From an uncultured Bacteroidales bacterium (GTDB taxonomy: Bacteria > Bacteroidota > Bacteroidia > Bacteroidales > VadinHA17): a stretch of DNA of 64,000 nt. The stretch's first letter is position 1. Each line of letters begins with the position of its first letter. Made by a program: the position numbers and the translations under genes. A model generated the notes under the pieces. That model saw only the letters and a list, made by a program, of their open reading frames with translations. It was not told where the DNA came from and did not search any database. Below are positions 47,812 through 58,523 of this stretch, in pieces. The stretch covers positions 143,259-207,258 of the forward strand of contig CAWJLF010000012.1 in the NCBI GenBank assembly GCA_963843635.1, in the 5' to 3' direction.

Positions 47812-47926
47812 TGAAATTCTTGAATACCTGATCTGGCCTGTCTTTATTTTGATAAGCTGGTTTTCAATAAAATATGCTCTTTCTGTTTATGAAAAGAAGT
47901 TCCCCGAAGAGGGGCAGGAGAGCTGA
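47801..47926 (+). CDS. unlisted 41-codon single-TM small ORF overlapping the cydB stop (candidate bd-oxidase small subunit)
   Basis: Hand translation: MYISEILEYLIWPVFILISWFSIKYALSVYEKKFPEEGQES. ATG at 47801 lies inside the last 11 nt of cydB. One hydrophobic helix plus a charged tail. Confidence 0.4.
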   Translation: MYISEILEYLIWPVFILISWFSIKYALSVYEKKFPEEGQES

Positions 47927-47984
47927 TACCCGGTCTTTTTGCGATCGGTACTAACTGATTAATATTGCGGATAGCTCTGATTTG

Positions 47985-48704
47985 TCAGAGAAGCAGTGAT
48001 ATCAGTGAGACTAAAATATATATTGGTATTATTAGCGACAATGCTCCTGTTCCCAATAACAGGAGAGCGATAAGCACAAGTATCGCAAGCAGGTATCTAC
48101 CTTCATTTCCCTTGATTTTCAGATCTTTAATTTTAAGTGAAAGAAAAGGTATCCGGCTTACCATCAGCAGTGAAAGGAGAATAGTTAATCCGGTTATTAT
48201 TACCGGGCTGCCGATGACATATTTTATAACTTCTGATTGAGTATAATGTCCGGCGAGGATAACAGATATTACTGCCAGGGCATTTGCGGGAGTGGGTAAG
48301 CCCCTGAAGGTAGTTGCCTGTGTTGTATCTACATTGAAAACCGCAAGACGCAAAGCAGCACAGGCAGGCATTATTGCCGGAATAAGAAGGATAACTACGG
48401 AAGATATACTGGCTGAGGTACCGATCGCCGAACCAGTATTGACTAAAGACTCATTAAGAAGATGGTGGATAATAATGGCAGGGGCCACGCCAAAGCTTAC
48501 AACATCAGCAAGACTGTCTAGTTCTTTGCCGATGTCGGAATAAGCTTTAAGCAGACGCGCCGAAAAACCATCAAGGAAATCGAAGATCATTGCAGCAAGA
48601 ATCAGCCATGATGCAGTTGTGATGTCACCATTAGTGGCATAAATTATTGCTATAAAACCAGAGGTAAGGTTGAGTGATGTAATAAAATTTGGAATATTTT
48701 TCAT
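47985..48704 (-). CDS. pssA: CDP-diacylglycerol--serine O-phosphatidyltransferase
   Basis: CDP-alcohol phosphatidyltransferase motif DFLDGFSARLLKAYSDIGKELDSLADVVSFGVAP. Confidence 0.85.
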   Translation of the reverse strand: MKNIPNFITSLNLTSGFIAIIYATNGDITTASWLILAAMIFDFLDGFSARLLKAYSDIGKELDSLADVVSFGVAPAIIIHHLLNESLVNTGSAIGTSASISSVVILLIPAIMPACAALRLAVFNVDTTQATTFRGLPTPANALAVISVILAGHYTQSEVIKYVIGSPVIITGLTILLSLLMVSRIPFLSLKIKDLKIKGNEGRYLLAILVLIALLLLGTGALSLIIPIYILVSLISLLL

Positions 48705-48798
48705 TCTGAATTATCAAATCAAGTAAGAGAAGGTGTGTAAAATTAAGAAAATCTTCATTCATTTATTATTAGATTTGCATCAATTAATATAATTATGA

Positions 48799-49251
48799 AT
48801 GGTTGATTTTGCAGGAATAAAAATTGCAGTCGATTTTGACGGTACAATAGTAGAACATGAATATCCTGATATAGGTAAGGAGAAACTGTTTGCCTTCCAG
48901 ACTCTGAAAGAGTTTAATAAACTGGGAGCACGTCTTATACTGTGGACCTTTCGAACAGGAAAAGAGCTTGAAGATGCTGTTGAGTTTTGTAAGGAAAACG
49001 GGATAGAGTTTTATGCTGTAAATAAAAACTACCCGGAAGAGATCTATGATGAATCGGTAAGTCGCAAAATAGATGCAGATATATTTATTGATGATAAAAA
49101 TGTAGGTGGTTTTCCCGGATGGAGCGCAATATGGCAGATATTAAACCCGTATGAGATGCAGCAGATGGAAGCAGAAAAGCACATTACTTCTTTGAGCAGA
49201 AAAATATTAAATAAAATATTTACAAGGAAAAAGCGTAGTGATGAGAGCTAA
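48799..49251 (+). CDS. hypothetical protein, HAD-like phosphatase fold suspected
   Basis: IAVDFDGTIV (DxDGT-type nucleophile motif) and a late FIDDK motif. 150 aa. TAGATTTG box at 48770. Confidence 0.4.
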   Translation: MVDFAGIKIAVDFDGTIVEHEYPDIGKEKLFAFQTLKEFNKLGARLILWTFRTGKELEDAVEFCKENGIEFYAVNKNYPEEIYDESVSRKIDADIFIDDKNVGGFPGWSAIWQILNPYEMQQMEAEKHITSLSRKILNKIFTRKKRSDES

Positions 49252-50362
49252 CTATTTGAGATTAATAATTTCAGTATCTGTACTTCTGATGGTTATTTGG
49301 ACCGGATCCTGCTCAGGGGGATCAGGCAGTGTGGCTACAGCAGATGATAAGTCCTCTGCAGATTCAAAGGGAGAGGCCTCTCTTAAAATGATAAAGATGG
49401 TTCTGCCTGATGAGAATACAGGATTTAAGCTGCATGAACAGATAAAGGTTGAACTGGCAATTGTGAAAGAGAATGTTTTACCTGACTCAGTAAGGATATA
49501 CTTTGATGGAAAGAGTGTTGCTACACTTACCTCAGGGCCATGGCAATACACTATTCCTGAATCTTTTACAGTCAACACTGGCAGGAAGTCATTAAAAGCC
49601 GTGGCTTATGGTAAGGGGAGACAACAGAATACAGTTACGCGCTTTATGATAATCTATTCAGATATTGTACCTGCAAAATACGGTTACAAGGTAATTAATA
49701 CCTATCCGCATGACAGGAAGGCCTTTACTCAGGGACTTGTTTACGATGATGGCGTTTTATACGAGGGTACAGGACAGGAGTCAGGTTCGAGCCTTAGGAA
49801 AGTAGAATTGACTACAGGTAAAATTCTGATGCAACATAACCTGGATGCATCACTTTTCGGTGAAGGCATTACCATTTACAACAACCGTATTTTCCAGGTC
49901 ACATGGGAGAACAAAGTTGGCTTCGTATATAAAAAATCTGACTTTGAACTTATAAACAAAATATATTATCCGACCCAGGGATGGGGGCTTACCACTATCG
50001 GTGACAGAATAGTGATGAGTGATGGTTCAAATGTTCTTTATTTTTATGAACCTGAATTGTTTACTGTTGTATCCAGGCTCGAGGTCTATGATAACAGTGA
50101 ATTGGTGGATTCCCTTAATGAACTTGAGTATATAAATGGGGAGATATGGGCTAACATATGGATGACAGATAAAATAGCACGCATTGATCCTGAGAGTGGG
50201 AGGGTCAACGGATATATTTATCTTAAGGGTTTGCTGCCTGAAGCTGACAGGGACCCCGATACCAATGTTCTGAATGGAATAGCATATGATTCTGAGGGGA
50301 AAAGGATCTTTGTTACAGGTAAATACTGGCCTAAACTGTTTGAGATCAAGGTTACCGAATAA
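49241..50362 (+). CDS. glutaminyl-peptide cyclotransferase (beta-propeller type) lipoprotein with N-terminal extra domain
   Basis: Lipobox VIWTGSC. YPHDRKAFTQGLVYDDGVLYEGTGQ...SLRKVEL.TGK...FGEGIT...QVTWENKVGFVY is typical of plant/bacterial glutamine cyclotransferases. Confidence 0.75.
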   Translation: MRANYLRLIISVSVLLMVIWTGSCSGGSGSVATADDKSSADSKGEASLKMIKMVLPDENTGFKLHEQIKVELAIVKENVLPDSVRIYFDGKSVATLTSGPWQYTIPESFTVNTGRKSLKAVAYGKGRQQNTVTRFMIIYSDIVPAKYGYKVINTYPHDRKAFTQGLVYDDGVLYEGTGQESGSSLRKVELTTGKILMQHNLDASLFGEGITIYNNRIFQVTWENKVGFVYKKSDFELINKIYYPTQGWGLTTIGDRIVMSDGSNVLYFYEPELFTVVSRLEVYDNSELVDSLNELEYINGEIWANIWMTDKIARIDPESGRVNGYIYLKGLLPEADRDPDTNVLNGIAYDSEGKRIFVTGKYWPKLFEIKVTE

Positions 50363-51305
50363 GTGGAGTACCGTAAATAATTTTTACAGCTTCCGGTATT
50401 ATGCCGAACTCAACCGGTGTATGACCGAGTGATTCCCCGTCAGCTTCAACCTTCAGCAATGATTTGGATGTGACTTTTATACTGGTGCATTTATACCCCT
50501 CTATCAACGGGTGGGTAAGAATAGTCCCGTCATACAGGATCTTAAGTTTCCTGATTATCTCAAATTTGCCTATGTCTTTAATTATTGTAACATCCAGCAA
50601 TCCATCATCGGGTAAGGCTCTTGGTGTTTGTCTCATTCCGCCGCCGCAATACTTGCCGTTCCCGACATTTATTGAGAATATCACATCAGAAATTTTTTCA
50701 TTATCAATTATTATATCGACCATTGTATTCTTATAATATAAAAGACTGGTAAAAAGATTATAAAGGTAAATTAGCTTGCCTCCATGGCCTCTGTCTTTTT
50801 GATTGTTGGTCTTTTGTACAACGACAGACTCAAAACCAATCCCTGCAATATTTATAAAATATCTCGTTTTCTTCTCCTGTCCTTCGAGATAGTTTATTAC
50901 ACCAATGTCATGCAGCATATGTTTTTTCCCTGCGATAATACTTACTGTTTTATCGTAGTCCCCTGTTATACCAAACATTTTTCCCCAGTCATTACCCGTA
51001 CCAACAGGTATTGATGCCAGCGAAATATCGGTGGACGGGCATACGCCATTCAGCAATATGCCGTTTACCACTTCGTTAAGGGTTCCATCACCACCAACAG
51101 ATACTATATTCCTGAAACCTCCTGTAATCCCTTCAGTAGTAAGCGTTATCGCATGACCTTTCGATTCGGTAAAACGTGCGGTGAATGGCAGTTTTTCACT
51201 GTTCAGCAGTGACGAGATCCTTTCCCAGTCTTTTTTACCCTTGCCTTGTCCTGCATTAGGATTAATAATGACCAGCCACTCATTATTCAAAATATTTTGT
51301 TCCAT
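50352..51305 (-). CDS. YegS/BmrU-type diacylglycerol/lipid kinase
   Basis: VIINPNAGQGKG ... VSVGGDGTLNEVVNG ... PVGTGNDW. Confidence 0.8.
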   Translation of the reverse strand: MEQNILNNEWLVIINPNAGQGKGKKDWERISSLLNSEKLPFTARFTESKGHAITLTTEGITGGFRNIVSVGGDGTLNEVVNGILLNGVCPSTDISLASIPVGTGNDWGKMFGITGDYDKTVSIIAGKKHMLHDIGVINYLEGQEKKTRYFINIAGIGFESVVVQKTNNQKDRGHGGKLIYLYNLFTSLLYYKNTMVDIIIDNEKISDVIFSINVGNGKYCGGGMRQTPRALPDDGLLDVTIIKDIGKFEIIRKLKILYDGTILTHPLIEGYKCTSIKVTSKSLLKVEADGESLGHTPVEFGIIPEAVKIIYGTPLIR

Positions 51306-51459
51306 CTTCCGTTTTGCTAATTTGTTGAGCAAATATGAGAATAAAATGCATATTTATCATTTCTACGATAAAGAAAAGATGTTAATAAGATGTTGAAAAC
51401 CCCGAAAAAAATGTTTACAATTACATCTTTTACTACCGGCACCTGAAGAGCATAATAAG

Positions 51460-51467
51460 TAAATTTG
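51460..51467 (+). promoter_or_regulatory. Bacteroidota-type -7 box upstream of parA
   Basis: TAAATTTG, 36 nt upstream of the ATG at 51503. Confidence 0.3.
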
Positions 51468-51502
51468 AAGCTCTAAATTAATACATAAAATAAAGCGAGA
51501 AG

Positions 51503-52282
51503 ATGGGAAGGACAATAGCAATTGCGAATCAGAAAGGTGGGGTAGGGAAGACAACAACAGCAATTAACCTTGCTGCCAGTCTGGCCGCTTTAGAGAAAAA
51601 GGTACTTATTGTTGACGCTGATCCACAGGCTAATGCTACATCAGGAATTGGAATAGACACAAGGCAGATAAGGAACACAATTTACGATTGCCTCATTGAT
51701 GAGAAGTTACCTTCAGAGGCTTTGATGAAGTGCAATATCGATAATCTGTCAATCATTCCATCGAACATCGACCTGGTGGGTGCTGAGATTGAGATGCTTG
51801 ATAGACCTGAGAGGGAGAAAATATTAAAGAAAGTATTGGAAAAGCTTGATATTGAATTTGACTATGTTCTGATTGATTGTTCGCCATCGCTCGGTCTCCT
51901 TACGGTAAATGCACTTACAGCTGCAGATTCTGTTATAATACCAGTTCAGTGCGAATATTTTGCTCTTGAGGGACTCGGCAAGCTTCTAAACACGATAAAG
52001 ATCATTCAGAATAATCTTAATCCAAAACTCGAGATAGAAGGATTTCTTCTGACCATGTATGACTCAAGGCTCAGGTTATCAAACCAGGTCGCTGATGAAG
52101 TGAACAAGCATTTTCAACAGATGGTCTTCAAGACCATTATTCAGCGTAATGTAAAACTTTCGGAAGCCCCGAGTTTCGGTCAACCTGCAATTCTCTATGA
52201 TGCTGATTCGAGAGGGACAGTGAATTATCTTAATCTGGCCAATGAATTGATAGAGAAGCTGGCAGAGAAAGTGGTACAGTAA
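51503..52282 (+). CDS. parA: chromosome partitioning ATPase ParA/Soj
   Basis: Deviant Walker A IAIANQKGGVGKTTTAINLA, 259 aa. Confidence 0.9.
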   Translation: MGRTIAIANQKGGVGKTTTAINLAASLAALEKKVLIVDADPQANATSGIGIDTRQIRNTIYDCLIDEKLPSEALMKCNIDNLSIIPSNIDLVGAEIEMLDRPEREKILKKVLEKLDIEFDYVLIDCSPSLGLLTVNALTAADSVIIPVQCEYFALEGLGKLLNTIKIIQNNLNPKLEIEGFLLTMYDSRLRLSNQVADEVNKHFQQMVFKTIIQRNVKLSEAPSFGQPAILYDADSRGTVNYLNLANELIEKLAEKVVQ

Positions 52283-52312
52283 ATTTTTAACATTTCAAGT
52301 GGAGTAACAATA

Positions 52313-53202
52313 ATGAATATGGCTAAGAAAAATGCGTTGGGAAGAGGTCTTGGTGCATTAATTGATGGTGTGGAGAAAGAAGTTCTTGAAAAAAAGGTTG
52401 AGGCAAATCGTGATATTCCGGTGGAATGCAATTGAGGCCAATCCTTTTCAGCCCAGAACTAATTTTGATGAACAATCTCTCGAGGAATTATCACTGTCAA
52501 TAAGAAAATTAGGCATCGTTCAGCCTCTTACTGTCAGGGAAACAAGTACTGGTCGGTACCAGCTCATAGCAGGGGAAAGAAGGTTAAGGGCAGCCCGTAT
52601 GGCGGGACTTACACATGTGCCTGCATTTATCAGGACGGCAGATGATCAGGCTATGCTTGAGCTGGCGCTTGTTGAGAATATCCAGCGCGAAGACCTTGAT
52701 GCCGTGGAGGTTGCGATCAGTTTTCAGCGACTCATTGAGGAGTGTAAACTTACCCAGGAACAACTTAGTGACAGGGTAGGAAAACAACGCTCTACAGTGG
52801 CCAATTACCTGAGGTTGCTGAGACTGCCGGCAGAGATACAGCTCGGTTTAAGAAATAAACAATTGATGATGGGTCACGCACGAACCCTCATAAGCATCGA
52901 TGATCCGAAAAAACAGATCAATGTCTATTATAAGATTATTAGACGGGGAACTGTCTGTACGTCAGGCAGAAGAACTGGTGAGTCATCTTCAGTCGGGACT
53001 TACAAAAGACCCGTCAAGGCTTGATAAAAAGAAGAAACTGAATGAAGACTTCGTTAAACTCTCAGATCATCTCAAAAAAATCTTTTCAGCTAGAGTTAAC
53101 TTCAGAATAAATGAAAACGGAAAAGGAAAGATCGTAATTCCTTTTGAGAATCCGGAAGAGATGGAACGCATTTTAGGAGTATTTGATCGCCTTAACTCCT
53201 GA
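52313..53202 (+). pseudogene. parB: chromosome partitioning protein ParB with two frame disruptions (about 52425 and about 52935)
   Basis: MNMAKKNALGRGLGALI starts at 52313. IEANPFQPR...GERRLRAA is in ORF 52362..53024. DGELSVRQAEELV is in ORF 52900..53202. Confidence 0.8.
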
Positions 53203-53241
53203 AAATAATTATCTTTATCGCGCAAAATTATTAAAACCGGG

Positions 53242-53964
53242 TTGTTTATTACGGTTGGTTTTATTTTGAAGACTTTTCAAAAAATAGCGATCGTTCTGAT
53301 TATGCATCTGTTTTGTTTACTGCAAAACGGGTATGCACAGGATACAATTCCCGGCAAAAGGCAAAAAGCTTCTACCGATTTAAAGATGAACATTGTACAG
53401 GATACCGTGGCTGTCGGCAAGGCTCTTTATCATAAATTCCAGCCTGATCCGATGAGAGCAACCATGCTGTCTGTAGCCTTGCCTGGACTGGGACAGATAT
53501 ATACAAGGAAGTACTGGAAGCTGCCACTGGTTTACGGCGGATTCGGTGCGCTTATATATAGTGTTCGCTTTAACTCAAAGAATTATATTAAATATGTGAA
53601 AGCTTATCAGGATTTTACAGATCAGATTCCTGCAACAGACAGCTATCTTGCCCTGATTCCGGCAGACCCTTCTACATATGATCCTGTACTTTATCCCAAT
53701 AATAAAGATATTGCTGCAAATGCAAAATATTATAAAGATGGAATGCTAAGAACAGTGGATTATTATAAAAGATATCGTGATCTTTCGTATATTGGCATCG
53801 CCGGCTGGTATCTTATTTGGATACTTGATGCAAATGTTGAAGCTAGTCTGTTCAACTATGATGTCAGTACTAATCTCAACCTTAGTCTGTTCCCGGTGCA
53901 GTTACCGCTGCCTGGAGGATATTATGGGGCAGGGATTAATGTGGGATTTGAAATAACCTTTTAA
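53242..53964 (+). CDS. DUF5683-like membrane protein
   Basis: LSVALPGLGQIYTRKYWKLPLVYGGFGALIY. Position after parB is typical in Bacteroidota. The family name is from memory. Confidence 0.6.
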   Translation: MFITVGFILKTFQKIAIVLIMHLFCLLQNGYAQDTIPGKRQKASTDLKMNIVQDTVAVGKALYHKFQPDPMRATMLSVALPGLGQIYTRKYWKLPLVYGGFGALIYSVRFNSKNYIKYVKAYQDFTDQIPATDSYLALIPADPSTYDPVLYPNNKDIAANAKYYKDGMLRTVDYYKRYRDLSYIGIAGWYLIWILDANVEASLFNYDVSTNLNLSLFPVQLPLPGGYYGAGINVGFEITF

Positions 53965-53980
53965 CGAAAAGAACTAAACT

Positions 53981-55530
53981 ATGAGATTTACAGCTATACT
54001 TGCTAACATTTTTTTTATTTAACCTCAACCTGAATGCGACACCTGATTATGATACTTTAATTATAAGGAATGATAATACTATAACAAGGATAACCAGCGA
54101 TCTGGACAGCCTGTGTAATTCCTGGTATGTAAAACTTGCTATCAAAAAGGCTGACGGAGGGACCTCCTTTGACAGTATGGGATATAAGTGTTCCGATAGT
54201 GTTTACGCTGCGAGGATAAATAAAATAAATTCTGTTATCAGTCTGAAGTTCAATAGTATAATACAGGAATCATATTGAGGTATATACAGTGAGACAGCGG
54301 GACCAGTTCAGTGCGGTACTGGGACTGACCGATTACTATTTTCCTATGATTGAAGATATCTTTGATTCATACGGGCTTCCTGCTGAACTCAAATATATGG
54401 CAGTGATTGAGTCTGCTCTTAATCCAAACGCGGTCAACCGCCGTTCCGGGGCAACAGGACTATGGCAATTTATGTATAGTACAGGAAGGATGTACGGACT
54501 TACAATCAACTCAGTAGTGGATGAACGAAGAGACCCGATAAAATCAACCCATGCTGCTGCCCGGTATATTAAGGACCTGTATAGAATCTACAATGACTGG
54601 ATACTCGTGATTGCAGCCTATAATTGTGGTCCGGGTAACGTAAATAAAGCTATAAGGAGATCGGGTAATAAGAAGGACTACTGGGAGATTTTCTACAGGC
54701 TGCCGAGGGAGACCAGAGGTTACATCCCACAGTATGTTGCTGCAGCTTATGCTGTTAATTATTATGCTGACCACCAGATTCAGCCACTGGCACTGAATAT
54801 TCCTGTAGCTACTGATACAATTATGCTGCATAAGGATTTTCATCTGAAACAAATTTCTGAAGTGATGGGAATACCACTTGGGGAATTATATGCCCTCAAT
54901 CCACAGTACCGTACAGGACTTATTCCCGGGTCATCCAAACCTTTTTCCCTGACCCTTCCCATGAACCATTTGGGAGATTTTATTGACCTTAATGATACTA
55001 TCAGAAGCTATAAATCAGATATTTATCTTGATAAGAAGACTGTTATAGCTGATCCGTCACGATCCACTTATCGTCCGGCTGATGTTAAAGGTAAAACCAA
55101 GCTCCTCTATACGGTCAGGGATGGAGATAATCTTGGATATATAGCCGAATGGTATAAAGTTGGACTGTCACAGCTCAGGTACTGGAATAATATCTACCGT
55201 AATACGATAAGGGTTGGCCAGAAGCTTGTAGTTTATGTTGATCCTTCAAGTGCTAATAGTTACTCAAAGATCAATTCAATGACCTTTGCAGAAAAACAGG
55301 CTACGATCGGGAAATCTGTTACCAAAGTCTCATCTGTTCAGAATAATTATGTATCAGATGAATCTGATAGCGAGTTTGTTACTTATACTGTTCGCTATGG
55401 AGATACTATATGGGACATTGTAAAAATGTTTGACGATGTTACCACCACTGATGTCCTCACGTTAAATAAAATTTCCGATCCGGGTAAGATACAGGTTGGG
55501 CAGAAGCTGAAGATCAAGAGGAAAAGCTGA
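53981..55530 (+). pseudogene. MltD-like lytic transglycosylase with two LysM domains and a frame disruption near 54268 (possibly a second in the T8 run at 54010-54018)
   Basis: The junction reads ...FNSIIQ / NHIEVYTVRQRDQF. SLT catalytic region AVIESALNPNAVNRRSGATGLWQFM. LysM-like YTVRDGDNLGYIAEWY and YTVRYGDTIWDIVKMF. Confidence 0.7.
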
Positions 55531-55544
55531 TTCTTTTCTACAAT

Positions 55545-58523
55545 ATGCGTCCTTCAAGGTCATTCTTATTATTACTGATCTTTCTAATTTTTTTTACCGG
55601 TCTTTACTATATTATTCCGGCAATCGGGCTATTTCCACCTTTGACTGAGTTTATTCCCGGTAATATAATTCCGGGTTTATCATCATCAGAGATAAAAACT
55701 GAATATCCCCCCGGTGAGAAAACTGATACCCTTGAGATTTTATCAATACCTCCTTTACGCGTAATTAACTCATTACCTGGTGACTCAGCTAATATCAATC
55801 CTATTCAGAGGCTGGTTGATTCACTCAGATATTCCTCCGGACAGGTACGTGTAATGTATTATGGCGATTCACAACTTGAGGGTGACCGGATCAGTTCTTA
55901 CCTCAGACATATACTTAGAAAATATGACGCGGGAACGGGTCCGGGCCTGCTTCTTCCCTTAATGCCTATAATGTACACGAAGAGTGTTTGGGTTAAGTCA
56001 TCATCGAACTGGGAGAGATATAATTATCTCTCTTATAAGGAAGGTGTATTGTCGCATAATGCACTGGGCCCCTTCATGACAATCTGCCGCTTTATGCCTG
56101 AAGGCAGAAAAACCAGCAATCCTGAGAAAGCCTGGGTGAAAATAATACCCTCCGCTGTTGCCGACAGTGCATCTTCAATATATGACTTTCTGCGAATATT
56201 TTATGGGAATACATATGGATTGGTAAATGTCACTGTTAAATCAGGTGACTCCGTGATGATGTCCGAAAGCCTTAAGCCGGGAAAGGGGTTTAATGAGATC
56301 TCATGTAACCTTAACAAAAAACATAATGTTCATATTGAATTCACCGGGAATGTCAGTCCTGATATATACGGGATCAGCATTGAAAGTAAGAAAGGGCTTG
56401 TCCTGGACAATATTTCACAGAGAGGCAGTGCCGGGCTGGAATTTACAATGGTGGACAAACAAAACCTGAGCCAGGCATACGAAAGACTTTCCCCCGATCT
56501 TATAATTTTGCAGTACGGGCTGAATATCGTAAAAAACATAAAAGATAATTATGCTTATTACAGGAAAGGGCTGGGCAGGCAGCTTAATCTCCTGAAAGAG
56601 ATAGCTCCTTCTGCTGATATTCTTGTTGTAGGACTCACAGATATGGCAGAAAATGAGGGCGACAGCATCAAATCATTCGGTAATATCCCACTTATAATCA
56701 AAGCACAGGAACAGGCTGCCCTCAGTGCAGGCGCCACTTTCTGGAATGCTTTTAAGGCTATGGGCGGGAAATCCTCTATTGTCAAATGGACCGAGAAAAA
56801 CCCTCCTCTGGCACAGGAAGATTATGTGCATCTGACATACCCGGGTGCCGATACTCTTTCAAAGATCATGTTCGCTGCACTCTTCTCGCCGGCAATAAAT
56901 GACACTGTCCATAAGGATACGTTTACAGTTTCGAAGGACACTATTTCCCTTCCTACACATGCGACTATTATTCCCGCCAATGTTGAGACAATGCCCGAAA
57001 CTACCCTGAAAAAGATTATCTCGGCTCTTTTCAGGTATGATCCAGGTGAACCAATGATTTTTTCTGTTCCTGCTTTCTGGCTCTTTTTCCTGTTTGTACT
57101 GGCTGGTTACAGTTTTTTATATAAGAAGAAATTCGTACGAAATCTTTTCCTTTTTCTTGTCAGCCTTTTCTTCTATTACAAGTCTGGCGGATTATTTCTT
57201 TTGCTTCTGATTTTAGTGACGCTCGTTGATTACAGCTGTGGCTTGTTCATTTATCGTTCACGAAGTAAATATTCAAGGAAGTTATTTATCCTGGTTAGTA
57301 TCATCTCAAACCTGGGCATTTTGGCCTATTTTAAATACACCGGTTTCATTGTCCATTCTATTAATGAATTGCTGGGTACGGATTATCGGGTATATGATTT
57401 TCTGGCCGCTTTTTCAAATGTACAACTTGGCACCTCTTTCGATGTCAGCAATATCCTGCTGCCTGTGGGAATATCGTTTTTTACTTTTCAATCGCTAAGC
57501 TATACTCTTGATGTTTACCGGAAAAAAGTTGAACCTGTCAGGAACATAATCGATTTTGGGTTTTATGTTTCCTTCTTTCCCCAGCTGGTAGCCGGACCAA
57601 TTGTCCGTGCATCAGAATTTATTCCCCAGCTCTATAATGATTATCATCTCTCCAAAAGAGAATTCGGACATGCAGTATTTCTGATCTCAAAAGGGCTAAT
57701 AAAGAAAATTATTATCTCTGATTTTATTGCTGTCAACTTCATCGACAGGGTATTTGATGCACCTTCCATATATTCCGGATTTGAAAATCTGATGGCAATA
57801 TATGGCTATGGTCTTCAGATATACTGTGATTTTTCAGGTTATACTGATATAGCAATAGGGCTTGGGCTGATACTGGGCTTCCGTTTGCCAATTAACTTCA
57901 ACTCTCCGTATAAGGCTTCTAGTGTCAGTGATTTCTGGAAGCGATGGCATATATCACTCTCCAGGTGGTTAAAGGATTATCTGTATATACCCCTGGGAGG
58001 TAACAGGAAGGGAAAGTTCAGGACAACTGTTAACCTTATGATCACAATGATCCTGGGAGGACTGTGGCATGGGGCGAATATAAGATTTGTCTTTTGGGGA
58101 ATGCTGCACGGGGCCGGCCTGGTTTTCAATAAGATATGGCGATGGATATTCGGTGAGAGGAAGAGAAAGAATATTTTTCTTCGTGCTGTTTCCGTCTTTC
58201 TTACATTCCAGTTCGTCAATTTCGCCTGGGTCTTTTTCAGGTCAAATGATATGAATAATGCCAGGATCATGTTCAGGCAGATAACCGGTAGTTTCTCACC
58301 CGGATCGTACATGACGGTACTCCCGGCCTACAGCAATGTCTTTCTGCTTATTATTGCAGGATATGCCATCCATTTTCTTCCCGACAGAATAAAGGAATCT
58401 TACAGGGGCCTTTTCATAAGTATGCCTGTTATTATTCAGATGCTTATAGTTCTTCTTATTGCTGTCCTTTTATACCAGATGAGATCGGTAGGTGTGATGC
58501 CATTTATTTATTTCAGGTTCTGA
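55545..58523 (+). CDS. fusion protein: N-terminal TM anchor plus SGNH/GDSL-type esterase-acyltransferase domain plus C-terminal MBOAT O-acyltransferase (PatB/PatA- or AlgX/AlgI-like)
   Basis: SGNH blocks YYGDSQLEGD (I), QRGSAG (II), QYGLN (III) and EDYVHLT (V). MBOAT region FFTFQSLSYTLDVY, AGPIVR, WHISLSRWLKDYLYIPLGGNRKG, GGLWHGA. 992 aa, uninterrupted. Confidence 0.8.
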   Translation: MRPSRSFLLLLIFLIFFTGLYYIIPAIGLFPPLTEFIPGNIIPGLSSSEIKTEYPPGEKTDTLEILSIPPLRVINSLPGDSANINPIQRLVDSLRYSSGQVRVMYYGDSQLEGDRISSYLRHILRKYDAGTGPGLLLPLMPIMYTKSVWVKSSSNWERYNYLSYKEGVLSHNALGPFMTICRFMPEGRKTSNPEKAWVKIIPSAVADSASSIYDFLRIFYGNTYGLVNVTVKSGDSVMMSESLKPGKGFNEISCNLNKKHNVHIEFTGNVSPDIYGISIESKKGLVLDNISQRGSAGLEFTMVDKQNLSQAYERLSPDLIILQYGLNIVKNIKDNYAYYRKGLGRQLNLLKEIAPSADILVVGLTDMAENEGDSIKSFGNIPLIIKAQEQAALSAGATFWNAFKAMGGKSSIVKWTEKNPPLAQEDYVHLTYPGADTLSKIMFAALFSPAINDTVHKDTFTVSKDTISLPTHATIIPANVETMPETTLKKIISALFRYDPGEPMIFSVPAFWLFFLFVLAGYSFLYKKKFVRNLFLFLVSLFFYYKSGGLFLLLLILVTLVDYSCGLFIYRSRSKYSRKLFILVSIISNLGILAYFKYTGFIVHSINELLGTDYRVYDFLAAFSNVQLGTSFDVSNILLPVGISFFTFQSLSYTLDVYRKKVEPVRNIIDFGFYVSFFPQLVAGPIVRASEFIPQLYNDYHLSKREFGHAVFLISKGLIKKIIISDFIAVNFIDRVFDAPSIYSGFENLMAIYGYGLQIYCDFSGYTDIAIGLGLILGFRLPINFNSPYKASSVSDFWKRWHISLSRWLKDYLYIPLGGNRKGKFRTTVNLMITMILGGLWHGANIRFVFWGMLHGAGLVFNKIWRWIFGERKRKNIFLRAVSVFLTFQFVNFAWVFFRSNDMNNARIMFRQITGSFSPGSYMTVLPAYSNVFLLIIAGYAIHFLPDRIKESYRGLFISMPVIIQMLIVLLIAVLLYQMRSVGVMPFIYFRF

